A stretch of 64,000 nt of DNA from Naegleria gruberi (lineage: Eukaryota). The notes under the pieces were generated by a model. That model saw only the letters and a list, made by a program, of their open reading frames with translations. It ran no database searches and had not been told where the DNA came from. Position numbers and translations under genes: made by a program. Below, piece by piece: positions 8,704 through 19,245 of this stretch (positions within the stretch are counted from its first letter, which is position 1; the number at the start of each line of letters is the position of its first letter). The stretch lies in the NCBI GenBank assembly GCA_000004985.1, contig GG738901.1. One strand, written 5' to 3'.

Positions 8704-10569
8704 TGTGACAAGAAATATCCTTCATGTTCTGAATGTTTGGAAAGAGGAAAGGAATGTTGCTATAGAACCCCTAAAAAGAAGGGAAGAACAAAAGGTAGTA
8801 AGAACAAACCAAAACCTACTCAACCACCTCTTCAAGAAAAGGTCAAGAAAACACTTGTAGTGGTTTCTTCTTCATCTTCTTCGTCATCTTCATCATCGTC
8901 TTCCGATTCAGACAATAATTTATCACCTCCATCACACAGTGGTTCACCACCTTTGGAGGGATATACACAACAACCAAGAACAACAACATTGGCAACAGCT
9001 AGAAAAATTGCACAACCATATGCTCTTTCAAATCAACAATTGTTAAATGAAATGCTCAAAAGGAAGACTATTGACATGTATTATGACATTATTGGTATGG
9101 GATGTAGTGTTGTTCCAAAACCAAAGATGGAAAGATTGGCATTTGAGTATCTCAATGATGATGAACCAAGTGGTGAAGACCATTTTTATGACTCTCGTTC
9201 CTACAGACTTTCATCTACAAAATCTAGTATAAGAGCTCTTCTCTTTTCAATGCAGGCATTGTGTGAACAAAGAAGAGGATTTTCTGAATCGGCCAATGCT
9301 GCATATAGGGAAGCTAAAAGAAATTTAGCTAATTCTTTTGATGATTTGGATAATCCATATATTAAATTGACATATGGTAACCTATCTTCATTTCTCGCTG
9401 GTGAGGGTGATGACGTTACATCTCAATTTTACTTGAATAATCTGAAATATGCATTGGATAAACCATCTGATAAGGCATTTAAAAGAGATATTGGAACAGC
9501 TAGCGATTTATCAGAGGATGATGACGATAAAATGATTAGGGCATTCATGATGAAATGCTCACTATGCTCGAAATATGATAACGTGGATAATTTGAATATT
9601 TGGGATAGTTTCAACACGCTGTACAACATCAAAACCCAAAAACAGCCGCCATACTCTTTAGAAAGCATTCTCAAGAATGGAATTACACCTTCGGATGTTC
9701 CCAAGTTGATGAGTCTTTCAGAACTCATCAAATCTATTTTGGAGAATTATGCTGTTCACAGCAGATTTTCCACCATTCAGTCAACACTTTCAATGTTGAT
9801 GAAGGAAATTATTTACATTTCCTCAAAAGTTACCATCTTACTCTCTGTTGGAATATATGAAGGAGAAATGTTGGAATCTCTTGCTGATCAAATTACTGTT
9901 ATCACAGAGCATGATTTGTTTGGAATGTTACCTTGCAGTTTGACACATTTCATTATAATTCCAATATCAGTTCATATCAAGATTTTCCCAAAGGTTGAAA
10001 AGATGATTTTGGAACGGCTGGATATGGGTAAAAGCCTATTGACAATTTTAGAAGAACCTTATGTGAAGAAATATTTTGAGAATATTGCAAAAGATTTAAG
10101 GGCTATGCAAATGCTCAAATTGAGATATAAGAGAATTGACAAGTATTATTCGAGAGTAATTGCTGATTTGGAGAAGATTAACAAGTGGAAATTGGAGAAA
10201 CAATTTGATTTGATTGAGAGTTTCGAGTTTGGCAAATCACCTGTAAATTCTGATCCTACAAAAAAGAACGAGCACTTTCCATTCAAATCAGCATTCCAAT
10301 CGACATTTATCAGCACCCATCCTTTTGATCCTAGTCTGAGATATGAGAGTAAAACTCCTGAGCAAGAGCAACAAGGAAAGCCTCAACCAAAATCAGGTAA
10401 AGATGTTGAGCCAGTGGGAAGTTCTCCTGTTGATTCAACCGCTACCTTCCGAGCTAACCATCAACCAATCCAATCATCTGATTTATTTGATGTTTCGAAT
10501 GACGATCTTTTCCCTTTCGAAATGGATACTGTAAATACTGATATTTTTGCTAATATTGACGAATTCTAA
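8704..10569 (+). CDS. Zn(II)2Cys6 fungal-type transcription factor A, exon 2
   Basis: The acceptor TTAG is at 8700-8703. The exon starts CDKKYPSCSECLERGKECCY, completing the Cys6 cluster. A poly-Ser tract and a long C-terminal region follow. The 45-nt intron 8659..8703 is phase 0 and carries a stop codon. Confidence 0.75.
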   Translation, partial: CDKKYPSCSECLERGKECCYRTPKKKGRTKGSKNKPKPTQPPLQEKVKKTLVVVSSSSSSSSSSSSSDSDNNLSPPSHSGSPPLEGYTQQPRTTTLATARKIAQPYALSNQQLLNEMLKRKTIDMYYDIIGMGCSVVPKPKMERLAFEYLNDDEPSGEDHFYDSRSYRLSSTKSSIRALLFSMQALCEQRRGFSESANAAYREAKRNLANSFDDLDNPYIKLTYGNLSSFLAGEGDDVTSQFYLNNLKYALDKPSDKAFKRDIGTASDLSEDDDDKMIRAFMMKCSLCSKYDNVDNLNIWDSFNTLYNIKTQKQPPYSLESILKNGITPSDVPKLMSLSELIKSILENYAVHSRFSTIQSTLSMLMKEIIYISSKVTILLSVGIYEGEMLESLADQITVITEHDLFGMLPCSLTHFIIIPISVHIKIFPKVEKMILERLDMGKSLLTILEEPYVKKYFENIAKDLRAMQMLKLRYKRIDKYYSRVIADLEKINKWKLEKQFDLIESFEFGKSPVNSDPTKKNEHFPFKSAFQSTFISTHPFDPSLRYESKTPEQEQQGKPQPKSGKDVEPVGSSPVDSTATFRANHQPIQSSDLFDVSNDDLFPFEMDTVNTDIFANIDEF

Positions 10570-10649
10570 TGTACATATTAAACTTTTATTCTCTAACTGG
10601 TTTATTCTTTGATTTTTCTACAATATAGCATAATAATTGAGAAATAGTC

Positions 10650-10751
10650 CTAGTTGAATGTATCATAGATATTCTTCAGAGTTCTATCCTTAATAGAATA
10701 AGGAATATCCAAAAATCCTCTCAAAACCTTGAGCAAGTCAATTCCCATTGT
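10650..10751 (-). CDS. DEG/ENaC/ASIC-like channel A, exon 3 (end of TM2 and C-tail)
   Basis: It encodes TMGIDLLKVLRGFLDIPYSIKDRTLKNIYDTFN*, which aligns with the C-terminus of paralog B (GLEILKVLRGCLWIPKSIKKKTAKYIWEEFNR). The preceding intron 10752..10796 runs GTAAGT...GAATAG. Confidence 0.7.
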   Translation of the reverse strand, partial: TMGIDLLKVLRGFLDIPYSIKDRTLKNIYDTFN

Positions 10752-10796
10752 CTATTCAAAATATTGCAATTAAATATTAAAATGTTTAAAACTTAC

Positions 10797-11404
10797 CAAA
10801 CCTAGAATACCAGCAATATCTCCTAATAAACCTTCAATTGTTCCAGTAATAATTTCAACAATATTATTTTGAACGAGTGATGAATAAGCAATAGTAATAT
10901 AAACTCCATCATCATCATTACCAACAATTTCAATGTTGGTATACTTTGAATCCCACCTAGTTTCTTCCAATTTGGGATTTTCAATGGATGGTTTCAATCT
11001 CTTTGTGTAAACCTTTGTCAACATGAATACATTATCCATATCAGGCATTGCATAATTGGTTTCAGCTAATAAATCAGGATCGGTTCCTGGCTCATGGAAT
11101 GAGATTTGAAGCCCAATTCTAGCCCCTGTAACATCTTCGTCTGGTCTAGTAATTGTAAAGTAGAGTTGTATGGATCCCATATATCCAGTTTTGTGTGTTG
11201 AAAATGGGTCCGTGGTACTATTATTAATGACATAACAATTAAAATCCGATCCCAATTGATTAATTCTCTTTTCTTCAATAAGTCTACCAGTTTCATTATA
11301 GGAAACATCTGAACCATCTACGTTCATTAAGCTCATATATTTAAATTTAATATCGCAATATTCACAATCTTCACCTCCAGAATTCCAATTACAAATTGTC
11401 ATTG
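10797..11404 (-). CDS. DEG/ENaC/ASIC-like channel A, exon 2 (extracellular domain and start of TM2)
   Basis: It encodes ..MTICNWN..ISFHEPGTDP..LLGDIAGILGL. The post-TM1 FP.(V/M)T.CN motif is split by the 46-nt intron 11405..11450 (GTAAGT...GAAAG). Confidence 0.7.
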
Positions 11405-11450
11405 CTTTCAAATGTGTTTACTTCGTTAAAGCACAGTTGTCTCAACTTAC

Positions 11451-11826
11451 TTGGAAAAGCCATTGGCAATTTTGCTACATAGGATAATGAAGTAGTTGGA
11501 TTTGCAAGTGTTTCATAGTAATTAATAGTAGAATTATAAATATACCAAATGCAAAATCCAATCATTACGACCCATCCTACCAGAGTAATAATGTGATACC
11601 ATTTTGTTGGTAATTTACAGCAGTGTTTCACCTTTTTCTTCTTCTTCTTATCCTTTTTATCCTTCTTATCCTTCTTCTTTTCTGCCTTATTCTTATCTTC
11701 TTGCATCTCGACAATCGTTTGGTCTCCCGATGATTTACCTCCACCCTGATGTGAGTGATGTTGTTTCTGTTGCTGTTCTATCAGTTCCATTGACGATGAA
11801 GGAACTGGCTGCTGTGATTGTTGCAT
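11451..11826 (-). CDS. DEG/ENaC/ASIC-like channel A, exon 1 (N-terminus, Lys-rich tract, TM1)
   Basis: The ATG is at 11826 (MQQSQQ...). A KKDKKDKK tract is followed by the TM1 helix ITLVGWVVMIGFCIWYIY and then ..AKLPMAFP plus the donor. Confidence 0.7.
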
Positions 11827-11992
11827 TATTTTGTTATTAAGGGAAAATAAAAAGCTTTTCAAACCAAATACAAGTTCACGCCATCTTAATTGTAGATACC
11901 TGCTGCATCTAGGAGAGAAATACAACACGCGCTTTCTAACGACGCCAACGAAGTCGTATAAAAGCATACAAAACACACAAGAGAGAGAAAAA
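11827..11992. promoter_or_regulatory. Putative shared bidirectional promoter of the head-to-head DEG/ENaC-like gene pair
   Basis: This is the 166-bp interval between the divergent ATGs at 11826 (-) and 11993 (+). I could define no motif. Confidence 0.35.
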
Positions 11993-13042
11993 ATGAAAAT
12001 ATCTTCTCCTGAATCGACCAATAATCAAGTCTTTCCATCAGCGATGGAATTAAGGAAGGAAAATGAGCCAAAGGTTAATGATGAAGAAGAACATTCCGAT
12101 GATCATTCATCATCGGAGGGCTCTGTTGATTCATTCTTTGGTTCAGATCCATTGAAAAAACGTATAGGATATAGTATTAAGGACCTTATCACATTATTGG
12201 GTTGGATTGCATGTACAGGAGTATTCATTTGGTACTTTTACTCTTCAATAACACAAACTGTGGAGGCTTTTCAAAATCCTGCCACCACAGTTTCCTACAA
12301 AGCCAAGACGCCAATGTATTTCCCTGCAGTGACTTTGTGTAATTGGAATCCTGATGATGAGGAAGGAGGAAATAAGGGGAGTAAATTTGAAGCTGTTGGA
12401 TGTTATAGAACTGTAGTGTCACCTAATAATGTGAGCTATGTACCATGTGAATTTCCCTATTATGAGAAGACAATATTCTCTGGAGTGTACTATATGAATT
12501 GTATTGTTTTTAACAATGATACAAGTGCACCTGCTGTTGCTTCCCGTACTGGACATACTGGATCGTTGGTTTTTAAGGCAAGGTTTCCTTTTGATTTTTT
12601 TGGTGAGGATGATATGACTGGATTTAGAGCTGGAGCAACTGTTTCATTTCATGAAGTGGGATCAGTGCCCAATCTATCTGATGAAACGAATACAGCATCT
12701 GGAGGATTGGATAATACATTTACCATTCGAAAGATGGTGAACAAACGATTGGTTCCAAATCCAACCACTGAAATCTATTGGGATTCAGATTATTCTGCCA
12801 TTGACATGATTGAGAATAGAACTGATTACATCACTGTAACGGTGGCTTATAACTCATTGAATATTAGAGAGCAGACAGATGTATACACTGTCAATATACT
12901 CCAATTATTGGGTCAGCTTGCAGGTATGACCGGTACATTGTACGGTTTGGAAATTCTCAAAGTTTTGAGAGGATGTTTGTGGATTCCAAAATCAATCAAG
13001 AAGAAGACTGCAAAATATATTTGGGAAGAGTTCAATAGATAA
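11993..13042 (+). CDS. DEG/ENaC/ASIC-like channel B (intronless, 349 aa)
   Basis: TM1 is LLGWIACTGVFIWYFY. The post-TM1 motif is PMYFPAVTLCNWN (ASIC has FPAVTLCN). The palm-like segment is VSFHEVGSVP. The C-terminal stretch NILQLLGQLAGMTGTLYGLEILKVL aligns to the ASIC/ENaC pre-TM2/TM2 sequence [23 protein letters not shown]. Confidence 0.75.
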   Translation: MKISSPESTNNQVFPSAMELRKENEPKVNDEEEHSDDHSSSEGSVDSFFGSDPLKKRIGYSIKDLITLLGWIACTGVFIWYFYSSITQTVEAFQNPATTVSYKAKTPMYFPAVTLCNWNPDDEEGGNKGSKFEAVGCYRTVVSPNNVSYVPCEFPYYEKTIFSGVYYMNCIVFNNDTSAPAVASRTGHTGSLVFKARFPFDFFGEDDMTGFRAGATVSFHEVGSVPNLSDETNTASGGLDNTFTIRKMVNKRLVPNPTTEIYWDSDYSAIDMIENRTDYITVTVAYNSLNIREQTDVYTVNILQLLGQLAGMTGTLYGLEILKVLRGCLWIPKSIKKKTAKYIWEEFNR

Positions 13043-13058
13043 AGAGGTTTGAATTGTA

Positions 13059-13923
13059 TTATATTTTGATGACTTCCATCTTCTTGATAGCTTCCTCATC
13101 AAAATCTGTATTGTTTTGAACTGTTCTGTGTTTGATTGCTTCAACCTTGCTCAATTTTTCACGTTGCTTCTTGTCCTTCCTTTCTCGTTTGGTGAGTTTC
13201 TTTTCTTTTGTCTTGCTACTCGATGTCGAGTCCTCTACTGTTGAGGTACTTGAGGATGATGAACCAATAGTATTAGAATTGGAAGATGGAGGTGGATTAC
13301 TTTCAGAGCCCAACTCTAATAAAATTCCAATAACCATTTCAGTATTGAAATTATTTTGAATAATCATATCCTTCACCATTTCCAAATCAAATCCGCTCTC
13401 ATAACCAATTGTTGACATGACCATATCAAAGCATAAATCCAAATTTCCATCACCTGAAGCAGCTGGTGAAGAGAAGGCTGTGTTCTGTAATTCATGGCTC
13501 TTACTACTTCCTACAGAGCTATTGCTTGACTGGCTCTTTGAATTCTTCTTGCTATTACTACTGGTGCTGGATGCTGATGAGCTCTCAAGGTATTGCATTT
13601 GGCAGAGGAAATCAATTGTTGAGTCCATATCTTGTCCAAAATCTGCCAAAGTATTTCTAATCAATTCCAAATCGGTACATCCAGTAGATTGAATAATTAT
13701 TTGTTCCTTTTTAGAGATTTCACCTGATGATGATTTACCTTCGCTAGCCCTTTGATATAATTCTCGAACACTGTCACTCATGAAATGAACAGAATTGTAA
13801 TGTTCTCCCATATGATAACTGAGTTGAATAAGTCTACTCTCTGGTTGATTATAGTTAACAATATCAAATGATGGCTGTCCTAATTGGTGAACTCGAATAT
13901 TTACATTGAATGCCAGTGAAATA
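13059..13923 (-). CDS. OTU-domain deubiquitinase, exon 2 (His box and UBA-like tail)
   Basis: It encodes ISLAFNVNIRVHQL...LSYHMGEHYNSV, the OTU His motif. The 54-nt intron 13924..13977 runs GTTAGT...TATAG. Confidence 0.75.
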
Positions 13924-13977
13924 CTATAAACAAGATTGAAAACATCAGTCATTAATCAAGTCAAAAAATAAACTAAC

Positions 13978-14477
13978 CTTTGCAAAGTGAGATTATCACC
14001 CCACTCTGTATCCTTCTTCATAGTTTTACAATAATCTTCAAATGGTTCATCACAAACAAATGGAGAAAACATATCCGGATTGGTAATCATATATTCCACA
14101 GCTCCTTGTCTAATTTTTTGGTACTGAGTTTGATCTCCATACAATTGATCACTCACAGACCTAAACTGACAATTTCCATCACCAGTAACCTTCTTCAAAT
14201 ACAATCCATAAGGTTCCAATTGTTGATTCATTTTCTGGAAATCTTCATCCTCCAATTTTATTCCGCCCCCTCGCTTTTTCTTTTTTCTATCCTTCTTATT
14301 GTTATAAATTTCTGGATCATCATATTCGGATTGTTTCATGGTGGATGCTTTTTTAGAGAAGGGATCTTCTTCATCGGCACTTCTCCCACCATGATGAGAT
14401 TTCTTCTTTGATTGTTCGTAGGCTTGTTTTCCGCTGAGTTTGCTACTATTCTTCTGTTTGCCCATTTTTTTTTGCAT
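13978..14477 (-). CDS. OTU-domain deubiquitinase, exon 1 (catalytic Cys box)
   Basis: GDGNCQFRSVSDQLYG is the OTU Cys motif. The ATG is at 14477. Confidence 0.75.
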
Positions 14478-14558
14478 CTAAAAATAAAATTTTTGTGATT
14501 TTTGAAAAATGAATTTTCAATTTACAAATTGAGCGTAAAATTGTTGAGATAAATATTA

Positions 14559-16201
14559 TTATTTGAGTTGTTTATTGATTTTGATGCATAATCTTTCTGC
14601 CATTGATAATGGTCGAGTTGTGGTAGAAGATGACAAGCTGCCACTTGAGAAACATGAAGAATATTGACACACATCACCAAAACTTCCAACACTGCACGAG
14701 CAAAAATCAAATCCTGTGCAAGATCCTTTTCCTCCACAAACTGTTGGGTTTGTTGCTTCAATTCCAAAACATGTTGGAGCTATTTCACATTTAGCTCCAC
14801 TGTAACTTGTTGGACATGAGCAATTTCCAGTCTCAGGAATGCAACTTCCTCCATTCAAACATGGGCTAACTGTACAGTTAGTATATTGACACTCACTGCC
14901 AAAAAAACCTTCTTGACAAGCACAAGTGTCAAAATTCACACAATTTCCTCTTTTGGAACAAACTTCACTTCCAATTTTTTCATAGCATTTGATTAAGCAT
15001 AGAGATCCATCCTGTTTCAGGGCATAGTTTGAGCTGTCACAAACAGGTGTCAATCTTCTTATTAAATTGGTAGATGCATCCGACAAGTAAATTTGTCCAG
15101 TCAATTCGTCCAATATAATTTGTTCAATACCTATTAATCTTGCTGATCGTGCATCAATATCTTCTCCATTTTCAATGATTCCGTCCCTATTTAAACTACC
15201 AGCAATTGTTTCAATTTGTAAGGTGGAACTGTCAACTCTTCTAATGGTTCTTCTTTGAGCAATAAATAAGTCACCACTCTTTTTTGAAACTGCAATTGAG
15301 ACAGGTTTGACAATATTAGCATCAAGTGCTGAGCCACCATCTCCAGAAGTCCATTGGCCTCCTACAACACCAGCATATCTTGTAATATTTACAAAATTTG
15401 CATTAATCTTTCTAATAACTGAATTTTGATAATCACAAACAAATAAATCTCCATTCGAATTGAAAGAAAGATCGTATGGAAGATTCAATTTAGCAATTGT
15501 TGGGTCTCCACCATCTCCTGAATAATCCCCAGCTCCTCCTTGTCCTGCAACTAGATCAATAGTTGCCATTTGTGTCATGTTAAATTTTCTAACTTGGTTG
15601 TAAAAGGTTGTAAAGTAAAAGGTATCACGATTATTTGGAGCAAATGCAAATGATCTAACTCCTTGATATTGGCTTTCAAAAATTGGAAGAGCAAAGTCAG
15701 AAACTGTTCTTGAACTCGTGTCCAATATTCTATGTTTGAAACTGTCATATATCAAAAATACATTTGGACCCAGGACAGTATCTCCTATTAAGGCAGTGGG
15801 ATGAGTGAAAGAGGCTGTCGAAGCAGCACCATTATCATAACCAATATCACCACTTCCTGCCATAGTTTGAACTAAATTGGTGTGCAAATCAATTTTTCGA
15901 ATTCGATAATTGAGACTATCCAAAAATATTAAACTAGTATCTTCTCCATTTCGTCTCAGAAACAAGTCTGTTGCGTTGTTAAAGACTGCCTCATTACCAT
16001 TCACATTATCTTTAAAATTTTCATCAATACCTGCAATGGTTATTACGTTATTTACACCATTAGAGTTCATTGTAATCTTTCTTAATCGCCTATTTCCAGA
16101 ATCGTTAACAATCATTGAGTATTCACTAGTGTTTGGATCATAGTAATATAGCATTGTACTTGGGTTGTTGAATTGTGCAACCTTGGCATCTCCTCCATCA
16201 C
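14559..16201 (-). CDS. Secreted NHL-repeat protein with C-terminal EGF-like Cys-rich repeats, exon 2
   Basis: The 64-nt intron 16202..16265 (GTAAGT...AAAAAG) joins ...GFSG|DGGDAKVAQFNNP in frame. NHL blades are followed by repeated C.C..G..G..C EGF-like modules. Confidence 0.8.
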
Positions 16202-16265
16202 CTTTTTAGATTCAAATTTAGAAAATTTAATATGACCATTATTAAATTATTGAAATGTGACTTAC

Positions 16266-17319
16266 CTGAAAACCCTGGATTTCCAAACACACCAGCAAAT
16301 GGAGATATAATACCAGTAGTCATATTAATCACCCGAATACACGATGAATCTGAAATATACATTTCATAATCATCAGTTATTGGATTGATTGCCAAATAAA
16401 TTCCATTAATAGTTGAAAAATAAGCTTCCTGCTTATCTGAACCATATCCTGGACCTTTCCCACTCTCTGGGGTTCCTGCAAATACATTGATGAGTTGCAG
16501 TAATGGATTACTATCCAATTTCATGCTGAAAATAGCTGAATATCCTGCGCCATTTACTACCATATATAGGTAACTCCCTGCTTCATCCACAACTAATCTT
16601 GAAACAGCAGAAATTGCAGTTGATGTAGCCAAACTATTGATAGTAGCTCCTAAATCCAAAGAGTTCAGTCCATTTCCTGCTATATTTGTCACTTGTTTTG
16701 AGCTCAGGTCAAATTTTCTAATCTTGTTAAAACCAGTTTCACTGAAGAACAAAGAATTATTGGCATAAGCAGCACCAGTCGGATACAATATGTAAATACT
16801 CAAAGCATCACCATCGATACCCCCTTCTCCACCTCCACCAACAACCATTTCGACTGTTCTATCCGAAAGTGAAATTTTGGAAATTCTGTTCAATCGCTTG
16901 TTTCCAATAAGAAAGGTATTATCATTCGGATTCAATACAAGAGAATAGGCACCAAATAGTGGCCCCTGTGTGGCATCCTCTCCATCGGCCCCAACCACAG
17001 TTTCAAAAAACAGAGTTGACCACAATTCTGGTTTCGTATCTGTATTCATCACGTCCAAACTAATCCTCCTCAATCTCTGCTCTGACAACAAATACAATGA
17101 ATTATTAAAGATGGCCATGTCCTGAACCAGACCAAGTGCTGCAAGTTTTAATGGATTCGTGTCTGTAGTAATATTATATCCAACCACGGTTTTAATTTTA
17201 TAACTTGGACGCATGGATGTGGCCACGGCTGCTTTGGCTTGTGTGAATGGAAGAAAACAGAGACAAATGCCAATGAGAAAGATGACGCAGGACACAATGG
17301 TTTGTCCAACAGTTGTCAT
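16266..17319 (-). CDS. Secreted NHL-repeat protein, exon 1 (signal peptide and NHL blades)
   Basis: The ATG is at 17319. The signal peptide is MTTVGQTIVSCVIFLIGICLCFLPFTQAKA. NHL repeats carry the GDGG motif. Confidence 0.8.
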
Positions 17320-17716
17320 TTTTTTTGAAAGTTTTGGCGTTGGACGAAAGTTGCATAAAATGGCTGTTCAACGTATTTGCATGTTCAAAGAGATCGAAAG
17401 TTGAATCACACATTTCCTTAATTAGATTAGTTCGCATTATATTTTGAAATTTCCTGTGAGATTTAAAATAGTTCACTGATGATGATCATCAAGAAAATAA
17501 ACTCTTCCAATTAGTCCAGACGTTGAAGGGTTCCCAATTCTGCATTTCCAGAACTTTTTGGTTTTCTTAAAGTTCATTGTTTTAACACATTGTAAACCAA
17601 AAATTTGTCTCACTTCCTCAGAGGCAGCATCAGATTTGCGTGACCATTGGAAGAGATATTGAAATTGTAAATTGTAAAGTCATCCAAATCTCATAAAAAA
17701 GTTCATCTCAAAAAAA

Positions 17717-19111
17717 ATGTTTGAAAAACTATTGGGCCGTTTCAGAAGGAACTCTAAAAATTCATCTCCATCATCAAAACCACAAATGAAACCTCTTGAT
17801 TTTGATGATGACGATGATTATGATGAAGAGGGTGAATTAAATTATAAATGTTCCTCAGAGGAAATTCTGGTCATAAAATTGACCTCCGATGAGGCTAGAA
17901 AGTACAGAGATTTGATGAGGATGGAAGATATTAATCATTCGATCACCATGGGGGGTTATTTGCGTTGGAGGGATATTGTGAGTTGTATGAGAGTTTGTAA
18001 GGAATGGAAAGAAATTATTGATTGCAATGCGGCTTATAATATGTTCCTTCAAAAGGTATTGAAAAGCTTGGAAGATTGTTATCCAGTTTGTGTGAACTTG
18101 TCTGGAAATATGAAAAGAAGTCACGTCGTTGGAAAAGGGTTGAAAAGTTTACAAGAGTTTGTGAGCTTTTCCAAATATTCAATGAGATGGCTTGAATCAT
18201 CCCGTTTTGGTTACAACAATGGAATAACACAAAGCTCAACCACAATGTTGTTGGATTTCATGTCAATAGATCCAAAGAAAATAGGACACAAGCAATTTCA
18301 TGAGGACATCAAAGTAATTATTCCAGATCAACTTGCAGAAAAAGATCCATGGTACTCTCTCACTTCCCCTTTATGGAATATTGACGAAGACGAAAGCTTT
18401 GGCATATTTATGGCATTTCAATCCAGATTTCAGTATAGGTTTTCTTTCATTTCTCTAGCTTACCTTAGAGGAGAGTTTTATAAAGCTATTCCACAATCAA
18501 AAGAAATAACCAAGAATATCTCCGTCAAAGGTGAATACGAAGTTGACGAACCAGAGACGCCAATAGGAAGATATAGAGCCAGCTCAAGCAAAGAATTTAG
18601 TGCTAGCTCCGTGTCTCAATTTATTTTGGAAGAATTGACTGAAGATTTTGCGCATGACAGATTTTATGATGAAGAGGAAACAGTAGAGGCAGAAGCAAAG
18701 GTAACTTTGGAATTCAATTCTGGTTTGAGAAAGATGCTGTTCAAGATATGGAAGTCTGGGTTGCTGAACTATGCACCAGTGAGAAATTATGTATTCCAAT
18801 TGCTCTACTTGTTGGAAAACCACAAAATATATGACTTTCATAGATTCCATTTTCACGATAATATGAAGGATACTAACGTGTCTGAAACAGTTCAAGCTTT
18901 CCTTTCTTCTGAAAAAGGAGATTCTGAAACTTTCTATACCTATCTAGATGTTAAGAAACCTTGTTCAGGTTACTCTGGAGGTCAATCAAACACTTTTTAT
19001 TTTGTTGCTCTCACACTGAAACACTCACCAACACATGCTGATGAATGTGAATTTGAATATGCATTGTTGCAATATTACCATTATACTGTTAGAGGAATGG
19101 CTTTAAGTTAA
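17717..19111 (+). CDS. Hypothetical protein with F-box-like N-terminal region
   Basis: It is a continuous 464-aa ORF from a real ATG. The segment ILVIKLTSDEARKYRDLMRM...IVSCMRVCKEWKEII is F-box-like. Confidence 0.5.
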   Translation: MFEKLLGRFRRNSKNSSPSSKPQMKPLDFDDDDDYDEEGELNYKCSSEEILVIKLTSDEARKYRDLMRMEDINHSITMGGYLRWRDIVSCMRVCKEWKEIIDCNAAYNMFLQKVLKSLEDCYPVCVNLSGNMKRSHVVGKGLKSLQEFVSFSKYSMRWLESSRFGYNNGITQSSTTMLLDFMSIDPKKIGHKQFHEDIKVIIPDQLAEKDPWYSLTSPLWNIDEDESFGIFMAFQSRFQYRFSFISLAYLRGEFYKAIPQSKEITKNISVKGEYEVDEPETPIGRYRASSSKEFSASSVSQFILEELTEDFAHDRFYDEEETVEAEAKVTLEFNSGLRKMLFKIWKSGLLNYAPVRNYVFQLLYLLENHKIYDFHRFHFHDNMKDTNVSETVQAFLSSEKGDSETFYTYLDVKKPCSGYSGGQSNTFYFVALTLKHSPTHADECEFEYALLQYYHYTVRGMALS

Positions 19112-19245
19112 ACTACTACGAATGTACATAACATTAAATTTCTGATTTATGAAAGATTAGTGACAAGAATCAATCGAACCAAGGAATCCCTTCTTGGTCT
19201 TTTACTTAAAACGATAGTTCAATAATTAAATCCTTATAAAAAAAA

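Noticed and set aside
11604-11840. 78-aa plus-strand ORF in the ENaC-A 5' region
   Set aside because: It is antisense to the Lys-rich N-terminus of ENaC-like gene A and is a low-complexity translation of the KKDKK-coding repeat.
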